Of a stretch of 64,000 nucleotides of DNA, positions 63,531-64,000 are shown one piece after another; the first letter of the stretch is position 1, and every line of letters starts with the position of its first letter. Made by a program: the position numbers and the translations under genes. Below the pieces are notes generated by a model that had not been told where the DNA came from, searched no databases, and was given only the letters and a program-made list of their open reading frames with translations. Source of the DNA: Selenomonadaceae bacterium. GTDB taxonomy: Bacteria; Bacillota; Negativicutes; Selenomonadales; Selenomonadaceae. The stretch covers positions 1,159-65,158 of the forward strand of contig JAILRS010000033.1 of assembly GCA_024698045.1 (NCBI GenBank). Reading direction: 5' to 3'.

Positions 63531-64000
63531 TTAATTAAACCATTTCATGACTTCCTTTGTCGCGCCGCGCAGACAAAATAAAATCGTCCTGTCGCCCGGC
63601 TCAAGAATCGTATTGCCGTTCGGGATTGCCGCCTTGTTTTTCCGTACGTAAGCGCAAACCAGACACGATTTCGGTAAATTGACTTCCATTAATTTTTTGC
63701 CGGCAACTTTCGCGCCGCTTTGCACTATCAATTCAACGGCTTCCGCTCTTGCTCCTTCCAATATCGATACGCTTACCACACCGCCGCGCCGTACGAATGC
63801 AAGTACCTCGCTGGCTGCCAAAAGACGCGCCGAAATGACGATATCAACGCCGACTTTCTCGATTAAATCAGCGTACTCCGTTCGATAAACGCGTACAACT
63901 GTTTTTTTCGCGCCCAAGTGTTTTGCCAAAAGTGCCATCATCAAATTTAATTTATCGTCTTCGGTCAAACATACTACAACATCTGCCGACGCGATTCCCT
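63531..64000 (-). CDS. trkA: Trk-type potassium uptake protein TrkA (C-terminal RCK part); the N-terminus lies beyond the right window edge
   Basis: The frame stays open to the window edge (..GIASADVVVCLTEDDKLNLMMALLAKHLGAKKTVVRV...). The RCK_C part is EAVELIVQSGAKVAGKKLMEVNLPKSCLVCAYVRKN. Confidence 0.85.
   Translation of the reverse strand, partial: GIASADVVVCLTEDDKLNLMMALLAKHLGAKKTVVRVYRTEYADLIEKVGVDIVISARLLAASEVLAFVRRGGVVSVSILEGARAEAVELIVQSGAKVAGKKLMEVNLPKSCLVCAYVRKNKAAIPNGNTILEPGDRTILFCLRGATKEVMKWFN

Noticed and set aside
1-64000. Mobile elements, prophage, genomic island, toxin-antitoxin or defence systems
   Set aside because: No transposase, integrase, recombinase, phage structural, restriction-modification, nuclease/ATPase defence-type or TA-like gene pairs were seen. 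There are no tRNA genes that could serve as integration sites.

Overview
This is a 64 kb chromosomal window that reads like core genome of an anaerobic, Firmicutes-type bacterium that also makes LPS. It is probably a diderm lineage such as Negativicutes; that placement is inference only. Firmicute-style markers are nadD-yqeK-LCP-rsfS-cvfB, stp-pknB(PASTA)-rsgA, yitT and mscL. They sit beside lpxC-fabZ-lpxA-lpxI, hldD, cheV, cydAB and nrdD.

I support about 60 protein genes. About 15 of them have start codons that I corrected relative to the ORF track, and TTG starts are frequent. I also list several promoters and Rho-independent terminators. I see no rRNA, tRNA, CRISPR array, transposase, integrase or prophage genes.

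Observations most worth follow-up:
1. A ~375 nt element (23688-24063) lies between an orphan ORF and a cydAB operon with no recognisable promoter. It is closed by a ~31 bp helix whose imperfections are almost all G-U wobbles on the + strand. It is followed by a strong hairpin terminator, so it is a candidate large structured RNA or leader.
2. The nrdD reading frame stops inside the position of the RVxGY glycyl-radical motif. An unrelated ORF and a highly structured repeat region follow it.
3. Two tandem 91 nt modules (58576-58801) carry conserved palindromes upstream of stp-pknB.
4. The curved-DNA octamer AAAATTTT occurs more than once per kb, both in genes and between them.
5. A licD-licD-cytidylyltransferase-SDR-GNAT operon looks like a CDP-alditol (ribitol-phosphate-type) glycan decoration system.
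6. An SH3/NlpC-P60 protein whose catalytic Cys is replaced by Ala is inserted between proB and proA.

All family assignments come from reading the translations and recalling motifs. No database search was run.
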